Below, piece after piece: positions 44,211 to 57,750 of a stretch of DNA of 64,000 nucleotides. The position numbers and the translations under genes are program-made. Each line of letters starts with the position of its first letter. Positions within the stretch are counted from its first letter, which is position 1. The DNA is from Octopus vulgaris (taxonomy: Eukaryota). The stretch is from positions 116,994,001 to 117,058,000 of the forward strand of contig OX597814.1 in the NCBI GenBank assembly GCA_951406725.2, written 5' to 3'. Under the pieces are notes generated by a model, which made no database searches, was not told the DNA's origin, and was given only the letters and a program-made list of their open reading frames with translations.

Positions 44211-44593
44211 TATTATACATATATATGTGCATGTGTATGATTGTATCCGTTTGTGTGTATTTGTGCATAAGCATTTGTTATATTTGAAGATAGATTTTTG
44301 ATTAAATAGACGGATTACAAAAGACGTTTTTAAAATTGTTTTTTTTTCTGTTTAAATTATTAGCATAATGATTTCAAATTTGCTGGCAGTCATAGAGGAT
44401 TGTCCACTAGTACATCGAGTACAAATAATTATTGAGAATTACTTCGAAGTAGCTCTCAGCGAAATTATTAATAATATCCAACACTATACTTGAAGTGAGA
44501 GTATTAGTTGCATCATATTGGTAGAAATCTATACTTATATAAACGTCATTTTACTATTTGTGCGTGTGAGTGCGCGCGTGCACTGGTGTTGTA

Positions 44594-44663
<70 letters not shown>

Positions 44664-44747
44664 ATTCGAGACAAAACCACTATTTTAAAACCAAACAAGA
44701 AAAGACTTAATCAATACATAAAATTTTAATATAAATTAAATAAACCG

Positions 44748-44791
44748 CCACAACAATTGTTTCATGTCTGCTACCGACAATCTTCAGGTGG
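44748..44791 (-). ncRNA. Minimal type I hammerhead ribozyme in a short pLTR relic (44660-44830)
   Basis: CCAC-CTGAAGA-tTGTC ggtagca GACAt-GAAA-CAATTG-TT-GTGG; intact core and stems; downstream tail runs into (TA)n. Confidence 0.75.
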
Positions 44792-45939
44792 ATTTTCGAT
44801 CTTCTAATCAGTATCAAATTTTGATATATATGTATATATTTATACAAGTGCACATGTACACACTTATATATAAATATGTCTAAATGTGTGTGTATACATA
44901 CATACATAAATACATACATACATACATATATGCATATTTACTTGCTGAAATATACATACACACATATAGTGCAATCCATGTAGTACTTAATCGAAAGCTA
45001 ATATAGGCTAAATATTTTTTTTCATTAGATGCTATTCTACTTCATTTGAAGTATTATTTTTCTGTATAACCTCCATTGAAGAGAATATGTCGTCGAAGTT
45101 GGTATCCTACAACAACTGTAACAGAAAAAAGTATAACTTCAAACTTCTGCTTAAACAGCAACGTATTCCTTATTTCATTCTCATAGTTGTACGTTAACCG
45201 AGATAGATTTGTATTTTACGTTTAGTTACAGGTCTATAAAACAAGAAAAATGTCGCCAGAAAAATACTTAAAACATTGGTAAATAGTAAAAAATGAAAGA
45301 TTTAGAATTAAGTATATATTGTCTCCAAAAATGTGAAAAAAAAAATGATTTTCATATTCATAGATCGAGCTGTAGGAATGTTTATCTAGTAATAATGTTC
45401 AAGGAGTGTGGGTCGATTCAAATTACAGACGTCATAGATGTATGGTATTATCAAAACGGGAATGTTTTTTCCTTAACGCTCCAGGTTTTCATAATTAGAG
45501 TGTATTGAAGAGCAATGTGTGTTATAAGAGGAGAATAATTTATACGATTATATTCACTGTATGAAATTTATATATATAAATAAAAGCAGTGTAGTCGGTC
45601 ATAAAATGGATTGCTATTTACTTGAAACGTATCATCCCAGGTAATAACATACACTTAAAAATGCCCACTTACACACACACACGCTCACAGAAAGACAGAT
45701 ACACATACACACTTCGTAATTTCAAGTAAAAATTAAAACGAGGCACAACATTCAATGAAAAGATAATTCTATGCAAGTATTTCGAGGCCTGCACAATTCA
45801 TTAGAAGGAACTACACTTAACTGTGATTTTGATAATTCGGCGCCAATCGTTCTCTAGAGACTGGGCATCTCGCATATGTTGAAATCACAGTCATTCTCTT
45901 TCTGCTTTAATAATGATAGTGGTGATAATTCTCACTGTG

Positions 45940-46085
45940 CTTAGATAGTACTTATTTTGTGAACCTGGAATTTATGAATGGCAAACTCGTGTATAGCGGA
46001 ATTCAAATTCAAAACGTAAAGAACCAGAAGAAATGCCGCCAAACTTTATGTCTAACGAGGTAACAATTCTAAGAGTTCTCTCCCA
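45940..46085 (-). mobile_element. Diverged CORE-type SINE (family D)
   Basis: GTACTTATTTTGTGAACCTGG..ATGAATGGCAAACTCG..GCGGAATTCAAATTCAAAACGTAAA resembles 20025-20150. Confidence 0.55.
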
Positions 46086-46339
46086 CAGACAGAAATAATA
46101 ATGGTTTCAGGTTCTGGCACAAATCCATGAGTTGTAGCCAAGGGCAAAGGAATAAAGGAGAGGAAAAACGAGGTGCGGTGTGTGAAAAGAGGAGATGGAC
46201 TAATAAGGGATGCATGTGGAAGAGGAGAGAAAATAGAAACTTAGAGATCGCATGAAAGGTAGGGAGGAAGAGGTGCCAAATAAGGAACGAATGTTAGAAA
46301 CAACAATATGGGGTGTTTGGAAGTGTTGGCCCATTTAAT

Positions 46340-48165
46340 AATTTAATCTTCCCTTATAACAGCGTAATTGCAGCGAAGAGAGAGATATGCCTAAGTAGGT
46401 GCAACTATTGTAAGAAGTGTTAGAACAAATTGATTGATTGAGAAGAGGGGAATTGCAGAACGATAGTATAGGAAAAATATTGGAAAGAACGTATAGAATA
46501 AGAGTAAAAGGGTATGATGTGATTTTGGAAGAATTGAAACATAGATTAGTAGCGATCAGGGTAAAATTGTAAAGATACGACAATAGAACAAAACAAGTGA
46601 GGCAAAACGGATGGTTTGAAACAAATTAGAAAAAAATGTTCCAGGATCTAGATGGGAAATTATACATAACGATGGCACAAAAGGCAAACGAAAGCAGGGC
46701 AACTGGGGAGGGATCTGAGGCCATATGAGGAAGCAGAGTGGCTGCACCGAATCGAAAATAGGTTAAGAAATATAGAACGCCAACACGACATAAAAATAAC
46801 TACAAAAATGTAAAATAAAGCAGTTGAGGAAGTACTCAAATTCTGAAGAGCCCATTCCATATATTTCCCCACAAATAAATCTAATACTGTAAGAACCTGC
46901 TTAAACTGGAGACAAAAACACCTTGAAGTATGACCCTACATAGACAGTTAAAAAACTTGCCAACGTCAGAAGAAAAAATATGAAAAATAATTACTAACTG
47001 AAGTAGAGATTGACCAAATTAAACAAGCAGTAAGGGATAAAAGTAGCGAAGCTGTAGCTAAAGAAGATAGCACAGAGGAAATAACTATAGACCATCCCAG
47101 GGTTTATGAAAATGTAATAATGAGTGAAAGAGTTCATGTAACTGATAGGCAAACTGAAATACTCTCTGAAACAACCATATACACTAAGGCAGATGAAAAT
47201 GAAATACATGGAGAAAGTCACACAGAATTTGACCCAACAGAACTACATGAGCTAAAAAATCAAATCATGATTGAATGGCTGGAAATTAAAGAAACCAGTT
47301 TCAATGAACGCGACACTCTCCCACAAATTCGCAGTTCTAACCAAAACTTGAAAATAATTGGTGAAATCTACCTTGCACTTATGGATGTTAATATTACAGA
47401 TCTCAATCACCTGTACTATGCATCCGCGAAAGTCTCAACGATTGGTGAAAAGATTAGAAAACTACAACATTCCCACAAAATCCTCCTTGGCAAGAGCGTA
47501 TTCAGCACCGAATTCAGGTACTTATATCTGACATAGGATGTTTAAAAAACTTTAAGTTTGCCAAGACTAACAAACGTACAAACACCCGAAAAAAAAAACA
47601 ATATTAAAACCACCATAGGAACCATCAAGTATGTGCTAAAGCTGCAGGCATAGCAAGGTATGAAAAGCTCGTTAGATTCTTCAAGGACAGCAACATGTTC
47701 AAAATTAACCCCAAATTTTTTTACCAGAAGATAGGGAAAATACGAGTTCCAGTAATATCTGTCCCATGAAAAGAAGCACTGCAGGAATTTTGGAATAAAA
47801 TTTGGACAGAAGAAAAGAACACACAATGAAAAGGCCCTTTGGATTGATAGAATACCTACAGACTTAGACTACTTAGAAGAGCAAAAGTGGGAGTGTATCA
47901 AGGTAGAAGATGTAAGATATGCTCGCAGGTAGTAAAGCAAATGCAATTATCCAGGAAAGGATAAAATTCCTAACTTCTGGTTGAATACTTTCCCCAGAGA
48001 GTCATGAAATACTAACAAAACTTTACAAAAACCTAGTAGTATCCCCACTTGGCTAGTTAATGGTTTAACATTCCTACTTCCAAAAAATGAAGAAACAAAT
48101 GAGACAAAAAATTATAGAGCCATCATCTGTTTAACAACAATGTATAAAGCGCTAACATCTGTCTT
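46340..48165 (+). mobile_element. Two degraded Dong-like N-terminal/RT-start fragments
   Basis: RYDNRTKQVRQNGWFETN; NITDLNHLYYASAKV; PGKDKIPNFWLN; PTWLVNGLTFLLPKNEETNETKNYRAIICLTTMYKALTS parallel 24192-25270. Confidence 0.8.
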
Positions 48166-49051
48166 CATTTTCCACTTCGCCTCAAAAGTGAATATGTATT
48201 TCCTACAGCCGCTACATAAATTCCATAACCTCAACCGAAGGAACGCATTAACTCACAAAATATCAACTTGATAAAACAAAACATTGAAAATTCTTAACTA
48301 AATAAATATTCGACATAGAATCATGTTCTATTTTCTTAAACATTGCTCGATAAATGTTCTTTTGCTGTATATAAATACAGAGGAGATTGTAGCAATATTT
48401 CTTCTAGTATTTTCAGGGAAAGAAGTACAATGAACTGAGAAACAGGTGTGAGGGGAAAGTCAACAAAGCTGAGTCAGCAGAGAAAAAGACGTGTAAAACA
48501 GTGAATAAATAGAAGCTAACTCATTTTGTAAATGATAAAAGAGATGGTCATTGAAATATGCTAGCTTAGAGGTGGACGCTAGAGTAAAGTCAATAATGAA
48601 TGGCCGTGTATATCTTTTCATGCAGCAAAATACAAACCGAATCTCCCAAAGGCATGTGTGCAGAAAAATCTGAAATTTAATTTGCGTTAAAGAAAATATA
48701 TCGTTTGCAAGTGTTACATGATTCACCTGATAACTATAACAACATGCTTCTCTGTATTGATCGAAAGGATTTGCAAAAGAAAAACATAAATGGAAAGGGT
48801 TTTATTAAAGCAATACCTGAATCTATGTCCGCGGTGTATAGCGAAAATTATATAGAAAGATTTATACAGACATTAGCCAACACAAAAGGAAAAACATTCT
48901 CAAAAGTCCAGGGAGAACAACATTTCTGTTATCCAGCAATAATAATAGAGACGACACGGAAAACCGACAGCTCAGCATCAAGAAAAGATAAAGACAAAAT
49001 AACGGATATAATAACAACAATAGCAACACCACCACCACCACCACCACCACC

Positions 49052-49135
<84 letters not shown>

Positions 49136-49786
49136 CGAGTAAGCAACAATAGTAAGAGAGAAACATAAAGAAAAGCTATGTCCCGCAGCACACTGCCTGC
49201 GAATGTCAACTCAGACACACACTCACGCGCACACAAAAACACAAACACATAGAGCATGATAGCATCAACATCATCATAGGATGTGATGAAGTACTACTTG
49301 ACACAAGAGAAATAAGTCATTTTATGTTGCCACAAGAACATACCAGCTTCAAGAGGATCGGTTTTATCAATCGTCTCTCTGGAACAGCTTTCATAAAAAT
49401 TACATGGTATCCATGGTATCAGAGTAACAACGCTTACAATTTTAATAAAAGTCACAACTACACCAACAGCAACAATAGGAAAAGCAATGTCAATGACAGC
49501 GACAAGGACAGCAACAATAATCAGTAAAGAGCAACAATCACAAAAACAATCTCAAAAATAGCAACAGCACCATTACGCTATACAAAATGTTAATTGTGGT
49601 AACAACAAATTCGACCTTAACTTTTCATCATGAATCGAATCTCTACTGGCTACAAACAACAACGGTGTTTTTATTAGTGGTGGCAAGAACAGTAGCCAGA
49701 AAGGTGAAGTAATATTAACAATATTAGGAATAGTAACATTAATAATAAGAATGATAATAGCAGCTGGAATAGCAGCAACAGCAAGT

Positions 49787-50112
49787 GGAGGCGCAATGAC
49801 CCAGTGGTTAGGGCAGCGGACTCGCGTTCGGAGGATCGCGGCTTCGATTCCCAGACCGGGCGTTGTGTGTGTTTATTGAGCGAAAACACCTAAAGCTCCA
49901 CGAGGCTCCGGCAGGGGTGGTGGCGATCCATGTTGTACTCTTTCGCCCCAGCTTTATCTCATTCTTTCTTCCTGTTTCTTATCCCCGACTTCCTACACAA
50001 CCACTGAGCCTTGATGCACATTCATCCATCCGTTGATGCTCTCGGTGTCGGTGGTTGACCTGTTTTCTCTTCTGCGGGTCTTACGAATAGCAAAGGACCA
50101 CGTTTCGGACCA
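49787..50112 (+). mobile_element. tRNA-derived SINE, family E
   Basis: GGAGGCGCAATGACCCAGTGGTTAGGGCAGCGGAC...GCTTCGATTCCCAGACCGGG tRNA-like head; CAACAGCAA on both sides. Confidence 0.75.
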
Positions 50113-50249
50113 CTCAACAGCAACAGAGTAGCAACAGAGTACCATTATTATTATGAATATAATTTGTATTATCATTTCAGATACGCACAGTAGATTAAGC
50201 AGTTGGAAAAGAAAACTTCCTAACATAGGTCTAAACAAGTAACCTTAAA

Positions 50250-50800
50250 TGCCAAGAACATACCTAAGTATCGAACCTGTCCCTAACAACACTGTGTTCT
50301 GGAGCCGCAGTAAACTAAGTTTTATATGTGTATCCTCTGTCCATCTATTCACGTTGTTAAGGATAGTTCCTAATATATCAATAACTAGAGAGATACCTTT
50401 TACTCGCACTTTCCATAGTCCCTGTTAATCACTGTGTAGGTTTTGGTACTTTGCTATTTTCTCTATAACTCTCATATTGACGTTCTCAAGGTTTGGAACG
50501 ACTGTGAAGCCAATTATTGGGTGCTTTCGATTCTCTTTGTTTACTACTACTAAATAAGACCTTCTAGCTTCTATTAGTTTGTGAGTCTGAATATATAAAA
50601 TACCACATTCTATATTTCTTGCTTTTTAGCACTTTGCTAGGTTCACGTTCATACCATATAGATGGTACCGACAGCAGTATGATCAAACCCTTTCTTTCTA
50701 CGTATCTCCCAGTGGATTATTGTCCGTTGACTGCCATGCATTTTGTTGTATTTTTGTGTGCCAAGATATTACATTCACTTACTCTATAGGTAATACTTTT
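50250..50800 (-). mobile_element. Degraded RLE-LINE C-terminal fragment
   Basis: VNMRVIEKIAKYQNLHSD*QGLWKVRVKVSLVIDILGTI. Confidence 0.55.
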
Positions 50801-51415
50801 CTCTTTTGATTTACATAGCCTACTCTGTAAATCTACCTAGTTTTATGTCTATATTGATTTTTATTCAATAAGTCCACATTGCTTGATTTTAAAATGACAT
50901 GATGAAACTAACAGGATGTACTAAAATAGATAAACAACGTTACCACACTTAAATATGATATGCAGCGGAATGAATATAGACAGTTTGCCGACATATAACG
51001 CGATGATATAACCAGAAACATCAGAGTGGGGCAAGTGTATAAATCACTTCAATTCCTAGACAGAGATATCTGGTATTCGTTTATCCCACCGCTACATTGA
51101 TTATTAATAATTATCAGACGATAACAATAGCACGCTTGCATTATTTCGTCTTAGCAACGTTCATAAATTAGCATCTGACTCTGGTTCTGGAGAAGCCATT
51201 TTGCGAGCTTTCTTAATCCTTGACAATGTTTATAAGCTTACTAATCAAAATATCTCCAGAAGTCTGAGATAGTACCGACCCCACCTCCACAGAATTACTC
51301 ACCGGCGCCAATCAGTCACGAACTTGTAATTTGTAGTTTACGTTCTGACACTAGATCTCATTATATAGTCATATGAAAAAAAATAATAGTAATAATGATG
51401 ATAATAATAATAATG

Positions 51416-51472
<57 letters not shown>

Positions 51473-51483
51473 TTAATAATAAC

Positions 51484-51553
<70 letters not shown>

Positions 51554-51579
51554 TGAACGAATTATTGAGTTTAGTTTAA

Positions 51580-51670
51580 TGGCCTACCAATGTATACTAT
51601 GAGTTTCTTTGCCCTAGGAGTCGGGAAGACACCCGGCAAGAAATGGAAACAAATTTGAAACAAAAAAAAA
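51580..51670 (+). mobile_element. 3' UTR tip of a Dong-like LINE
   Basis: TTGCCCTAGGAGTCGGGAAGACACCCGGCA parallels TTGCCCTAGGGCGCTGGGTGTGCCCCGGCA at 27378-27407; between (AAT)n tracts. Confidence 0.55.
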
Positions 51671-51686
51671 ATAATAATAACAATAA

Positions 51687-52227
51687 TACCAGACAGTGGC
51701 TCTCATGGCTTCTGATCTTAACTGGTTGGAAGTGTTATCCTGTACATTCTTTTGTGTTGGTATAAAAGATGGGCTACAGCAAATATTCTGCTCAATACCA
51801 CAGATTTGCTTGTCAGTTGTTTGACCTTAACCAGTTGAGCATGTCCTTTAGTCGATGACGATATGTGCATCTCTGATCACAAGCAGAAGTAGTGGGGAGC
51901 GTCATAGCCATGTGTTGAAAGGAATTCTTGGAGGTTTGGATAATTCGCCTTTGGAAACATGGGTGGTTCGTTCAACATCCTTAAACAATCCTTATTCAAG
52001 GACCTTTTGTGCGGGATGGGCTACTCGACCAGAAGAGAATTCTAACTGGGCCCCACATGGAAGGTCATGTGCTGCTTATCTTGATATGAGATCACCATGT
52101 CGCGCAAACATGGTTGTGATGCATGTGCCTGGTGTACCCTTATCAGACGGGTAGTCGTGATGGGTATACTGGGCTTCCTATATTTTGCCCCAGTGTCATT
52201 TTGATGGCATGCACTGCTCTCTTACTC
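51687..52227 (+). mobile_element. Non-coding ~540-nt (AAT)n-associated retroelement, near-complete copy
   Basis: Three other copies in the window; (AAT)n tail; long G.U-containing hairpins; no tRNA head or credible ORF. Confidence 0.85.
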
Positions 52228-52276
<49 letters not shown>

Positions 52277-52353
52277 TTAATAATACTACTAATAATAATG
52301 ATAATAATAATAATTATTATTATTATTATCATTATTATTATAGTAGTAGTAGT

Positions 52354-52458
<105 letters not shown>

Positions 52459-52504
52459 GCAGCAGCAGCAGCTACATCCTTCACCTCGTTACTGCTCAAA
52501 ACCG

Positions 52505-52710
52505 ATTGTTCTGGCAGAATCGTTAGCATGCCGGGGAAAATGCACAGCGGCATTTCGTCCGTCTTTACGTACTGAGATCAAATTCTGCCGTGATCGACTT
52601 GGGCTTTCATCCTTACGAGGTCGGTAAAAAAAGTACCAGTTAGAAACGGCATCAATGTAATTGACTTATCCTCCAAAATTTCTGGCCTTCTGCCAAAACT
52701 TGCAATCTTA
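52505..52710 (+). mobile_element. CORE-type SINE (family D), diverged
   Basis: CTGGCAGAATCGTTAGCATGCCGGG...GAGATCAAATTCTGCCG..GCTTTCATCCTTACGAGGTCGGTAAAAAAAGTACCAGTT. Confidence 0.75.
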
Positions 52711-53336
52711 TTTTTTTCTTTTATTTAATTCAATATTTGAACTTCGATCAAACTGTGGTACTGACTCGAAGCATGTAGTGAAAGAAATCACCGCGGGAAT
52801 TTATTTTTTAAGCCTGGTAATATATTCAATCCGTTTCTTTTTTGCAGAATCATTAGGCTGCGGTGACATAAACAAACTAACAACGGTCGTGGAGCAGAGG
52901 ATGAGCCCAAAAGCAAAGACACAAATGTTATTCTCCTCGAGTAAGATTTAATACTATGCCAGTATTTTTATACAACGGTGTGGGCAATGCGTCAAAAATA
53001 TTTGAACGTGCTATCCAAATACATTCATGCGTTTCCTTAAGTAAATGTGCAAAACATGAATCGCTGTTCATTTTATGTCCTTTACAATGTGTTTAAACAG
53101 TGATCAGTTCATTACATTTTATTTTATACACTTATATTGTCATATATTGGAATTATAATGTACACAGGTTTAAAATAAAAAAATGAATCGTTGAAATCGT
53201 TGGGTGGTTAATGATAAAAAGTATCTAGTATTCTGGTTGTTCTTGTCCTCCTACTTCTTCGCATTCTCCTCCTTTCCTCCTTATTCTCCCTGTTGTTATT
53301 ATTATTATTGTTGATTTGAATAATTATAATAATAAC

Positions 53337-53447
<111 letters not shown>

Positions 53448-53562
53448 TATAATAATAATAATCATAATAATAATAATAATAATAATAATATTAATGATGA
53501 TCATGATGATAATGATAATAATAATAATAATAATAATATTAATGATGATCATGATGATAATG

Positions 53563-53605
<43 letters not shown>

Positions 53606-53608
<3 letters not shown>

Positions 53609-53802
53609 ATAACAAAAACACCAGGACTTACAAACACATATAACATACAGAAAATTGCACTACTAGGCACTGCACACATCCTACGCAGAACACTTTCCAT
53701 ACAATAACCATCAGAGCATCACAACAAATCACAGCACATACCCAAGGCACACAGAGCTGCGCTCGGTAGTGAAGTGAAAGCACGCTATAAAAAATAAAAC
53801 TA

Positions 53803-53805
<3 letters not shown>
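53606..53805 (+). mobile_element. 200-bp 5'-truncated Dong-like copy (same family as 27800-30199)
   Basis: Matches 30001-30199 except one extra A; (AAT)n both sides. Confidence 0.95.
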
Positions 53806-53847
<42 letters not shown>

Positions 53848-53864
53848 TTAATAATAATAAAAAA

Positions 53865-54490
53865 ATATGCTTCTAATGCAGAAGGATTTACCAAAAATGG
53901 ACTTGAAAGTGCTTTTGAATTCCAACGAGAGAGAAGAAACACTAATCTGCATGGAACTGCATGGTCAGTTCCACCGTGTAACTAACAACTTAAAAAAAAA
54001 AGGATGATGGAGGTTGCCGAGCAAGGGTGATCTGAAAATAAGGTTGAAAGCGTAATCCTTGCTGCTCAGGTTCAGGCATTCAATATCAACTCAGTGACAA
54101 GGGATATACACCACACAAGTGCAACGAACTTCTGCAGAATGTGGGAAGCGGATCGAAAGCGTGATTCACATTGTAAGTGCTTGTGAAAGTCTTGTGCAGA
54201 AGAGTACAAGCGCTGACACGACAAGGTAACCCAAAATCTTCCCTGGCGACTATGCTGGAAGTATTGATACAAGGTAAAAGAAGCTTGGTAACAACACACA
54301 TCGGAAAAGAGAATCGACGAAAAGGGGAGCGCAAAAATCCTTTGAGACTTTGACTTCCAGACAGATAAGGTATTAGACCACCGAAAGTCAGATATAGTAA
54401 GCTTTAGGATGGACAAACAAGAAAAAATAATAATCGACGTGACAGTGCCAGTAGATTAACATATTCTCATGAAAGTAAGAGATATACCAG
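53865..54490 (+). mobile_element. Degraded RLE-LINE knuckle/nuclease fragment
   Basis: LHGQF..., VESVILAAQVQAFNIN, CRMW...HIVSAC, R*HDKV, KIL*DFDFQTDKVLDHRKSDIV. Confidence 0.75.
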
Positions 54491-54581
54491 TATGAAGTAA
54501 CAGAGTAGTTGTATGTGCATGTACCAGGTAAAATCTTACTATTACTATACATATACATAAATAGATATAAACACACACACG

Positions 54582-54645
<64 letters not shown>

Positions 54646-54722
54646 CATTTTCATTTTTATCATTTTATCCAGTTTAAGCTCACGAGCCGTGGCCATGTTG
54701 GGGCACCGCCATTAAAAAGTCC

Positions 54723-54779
54723 TGGAGATGCCGGAGAATGAACCAGGGACCTTTCACACGCGAAGCGAACGCTCTACCA

Positions 54780-54783
<4 letters not shown>
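54723..54783 (-). pseudogene. 5'-truncated tRNA-Ala(CGC)-like sequence
   Basis: TCAGTGGTAGAGCGTTCGCTT-CGC-GTGTGAAAGGTCCCTGGTTCATTCTCCGGCATCTCCA; first ~11 nt replaced by (TA)n; followed by GGACTTTTT. Confidence 0.75.
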
Positions 54784-54855
<72 letters not shown>

Positions 54856-54874
54856 CAGTCTATATATATAAGAG

Positions 54875-55250
54875 TTGACACACTTGCTTGCCACTCATAT
54901 GGTTCCGGATTCAGTCCCGCTGCGTGACACTTTGAGCTATTTTGATCTACTATAGACATGGGCCGACCAAAGGCTTGTGAGTAGATTTCGTTGACGGAAA
55001 CTGAAAGAAGCCCGTCGTATACATATGTATGTAGTTATGTGTCAGTGTTTTTGTTTCTGTTTATCGTCCTCACCTTCACTTTACAACTGATGTGGGTGCG
55101 TTTACGTCACCGTAACCTAGCGGTTCGGCCTAAAAGACCGTTAGAATCAGCAGCCGGCTTACAAAAAATAGGACCAAGGACCGACTTCCTCGACTGTAAG
55201 GTGGTGCTTCAGTCAAGTGACTAAAACACGTCAAAGAATAAAGGAATAAA
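54875..55250 (+). mobile_element. SINE family C (part of a local duplication with 59138-59518)
   Basis: GGTTCCGGATTCAGTCCCGCTG...GACGGAAACTGAAAGAAGCCCGTCG...GGTGGTGCTTCAG. Confidence 0.8.
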
Positions 55251-55296
55251 TATGTTTGTATGTATGTATGTATGTATGTATGTATGTATGTATGTA

Positions 55297-55339
<43 letters not shown>

Positions 55340-55383
55340 GCATACATATATGTGTATGTATATATATGTATATTATATATATG

Positions 55384-55428
<45 letters not shown>

Positions 55429-55453
55429 AATATTTATATATACACACACTCGC

Positions 55454-55491
<38 letters not shown>

Positions 55492-55709
55492 ATGCATAGC
55501 TACACACACAGGCATGCATACGCAAACATCCTGGTGCATATCTATACCATAGATTTTTTGTTATTATGTGGAATATACGATTTTATATTCACGGCGTTAT
55601 TTTGTAAGAAATATATCACTCACGTATTACCGAGTGGGAATATCCTTTGCTTTGGTGATATGTGTTGTAATATGGATTTCTTTGACTATCTGTCTGGTTG
55701 TGTATCTCG

Positions 55710-56280
55710 TTATAATATGTCCATTGGTCGTTGTGGCTAAAGCAAACCTCGAGAGATTCGCACAATAGTATGAAGAAAAGCGAAAAGTGGTAATGGAACA
55801 CGAACATTAGAAAGTACTCTGGGATGTTAACATACAGTGCGACCAAGTAATAGAGGCGAGATGGCCAGATATTGTGATCATCTATAAAGATGAAAGAGAA
55901 GGAAGGATAATAGATGTTGCAATACCAGGCGATTGGAGGGTGAAATTTAAGGAAACAGAAAAGATTGAGAAATACCAGCCACTGCGGGAGAAGATAGGAA
56001 AGTTATGGGGCATGAGGAAAGTAATGGTGATAGCGGTGGTAATTAGAGCAATAGAATCAGTTTCCAAGGCCTATGAAAAACATATTAAGAATATTGGAGC
56101 TGGCGTCAGGCTGGACGTGATCCATGAGACAACATTGTTGGGTACAGCTCGCATTCTAAGGAGAGTATTGTCTCTTTGAGTTACAGGAGAAAGCACTACT
56201 CGAAACCTTTGGCGATTTGTTATTGCCTACTTTCAAGTAAAGATCAACAGGTAATTAAGAACTATCCAACAGTCTTTCAG
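55710..56280 (+). mobile_element. RLE-LINE 3' fragment
   Basis: KVLWDVNIQCDQVIEARWPDIVII...IIDVAIPGD..EKIEKYQPLREKIGKLW...GTARILRRVLSL*; followed by (AAC)n-type tail. Confidence 0.85.
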
Positions 56281-56913
56281 AATAACAACAACAACAACCC
56301 CAACAACAACGACCACAACAACAGAAACAACAGGAACAGCAGCAACAACAACAACAACAACAGCAACAACAACAGCAACAACAGGAACAGCAGCAACAAC
56401 AGCAACAACAGCAACAACAACAACAACAGCAACAACAACAACAGCAACAATAATAATAATAAAACGATGATGATGATGATGATGATGATAACAACATCAA
56501 AAACAATAAAAATAATGTGCATAATTTTTTCTATTAATCATCCCATCATCTAAAAAACTCATGTTTCAGCTCAAAGTCGTGTATCTATTTCGGCCCTTCG
56601 CCATGGGAACCAAAGCAAATGCTGTGTTATTTGATTTCCGACAGACACATATCTCTTAAGATGAATTGCTTAAACGGAAACTATTTACAATCCGAGAGCA
56701 TTGTATCTACAATTCAATTGTACAATCTCGTGACAGGGTGAGTCACGCTGATTCTGACTAAGACATAACGTATAACACATTTGTCAAATGATCGACTGTT
56801 TACAAGATAATATAATTCGTAGAATTGCATTGTGAATACCCTTCATCGAAAACGACGGTGTTTCACCCATCAACACACACACACGCACACATACACACAT
56901 ATCTAAATATCTA

Positions 56914-57479
56914 TTGGGTTGTCCGGAAAGTTCGTGCTGATTTTTAAAGGGAAGAAAAAGGTCAATAAATACTTGTAATTACATTTTTAATCAACCAAAT
57001 ATGAAACATTTTGTCGCACAACGCGTCTCTATATTTCCTTTAACTGGAAAATACCCTCTTCCCAGAATTGAGGTGGTTTCATGGCAAAGAATTCATCAAT
57101 GTTTCTTTTTATGTCATCCAAGGAATTGAAATTTTTACCATTAAGACTATTCTTCAGAAACCTGAATAAGTGGAAATCCGAAGGAACAATATCTGCTGAA
57201 TATGGAGGGTGGGGTAACACATCCCAGCCGGGGTGCAGAAATTTTTGTGTGGTTCCCAAAGCATCAAGTGCCGAAAATGAACTTTCTTATCTTCCATTTT
57301 AAAGGGTTACAAAATTAACACGGGTTATAGAAACATAAACTTTCTTCCACGAAAAGATAGCTTAAGCTGTGCTCTAAATGGATGTATAGTCAAATCCTGT
57401 TTTATGGACGCAACCATGTTCTAAAATAAGTCGAAAGATAAGCTGATATAAATCGGCACGAACTTTCCGAACAACCCAA
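56914..57479 (-). mobile_element. Internally deleted mariner transposon
   Basis: TIRs TTGGGTTGTCCGGAAAGTTCGTGCTGATTT / AAATCGGCACGAACTTTCCGAACAACCCAA, TA on both sides; MEDKKVHFRHL start joined to GWDVLPHPPYSADIVPSDFHLF C-terminus. Confidence 0.92.
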
Positions 57480-57652
57480 TATAGAACTGTGTGTGTATAT
57501 ATATAATTTCATATTCATTTATGCATATATATCATAATCGTTAAAGTTTCTAGTTTGATAATAGAGCCTTTTTATAAGAAAAATTATTATTTTATTTATT
57601 TATTTTAAAATATTGTTTAGATATATTTGCTTATTTATTTAACTATTATCTT

Positions 57653-57750
57653 TAACCTGAAGATTGACTTTAACCATAATTCGAATTATTAATTGAATTT
57701 AAATTATTGTAATTCGAATTAGGTTATGGGCATGAAACGTACGTAGTGGT
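57653..57750 (+). ncRNA. HHR-like motif with long stem II in an AT-rich pLTR-like tract
   Basis: CTGAAGA-(TAACC.TAATTCGAATTA...TAATTCGAATTA.GGTTA)-GAAA-CGTACG-TA-GTGG; stem I weak. Confidence 0.55.

Noticed and set aside
48705-49142. 145-aa ORF ending in poly-P/T/A
   Set aside because: No recognisable homology or clear splice sites; C-terminus is trinucleotide repeat
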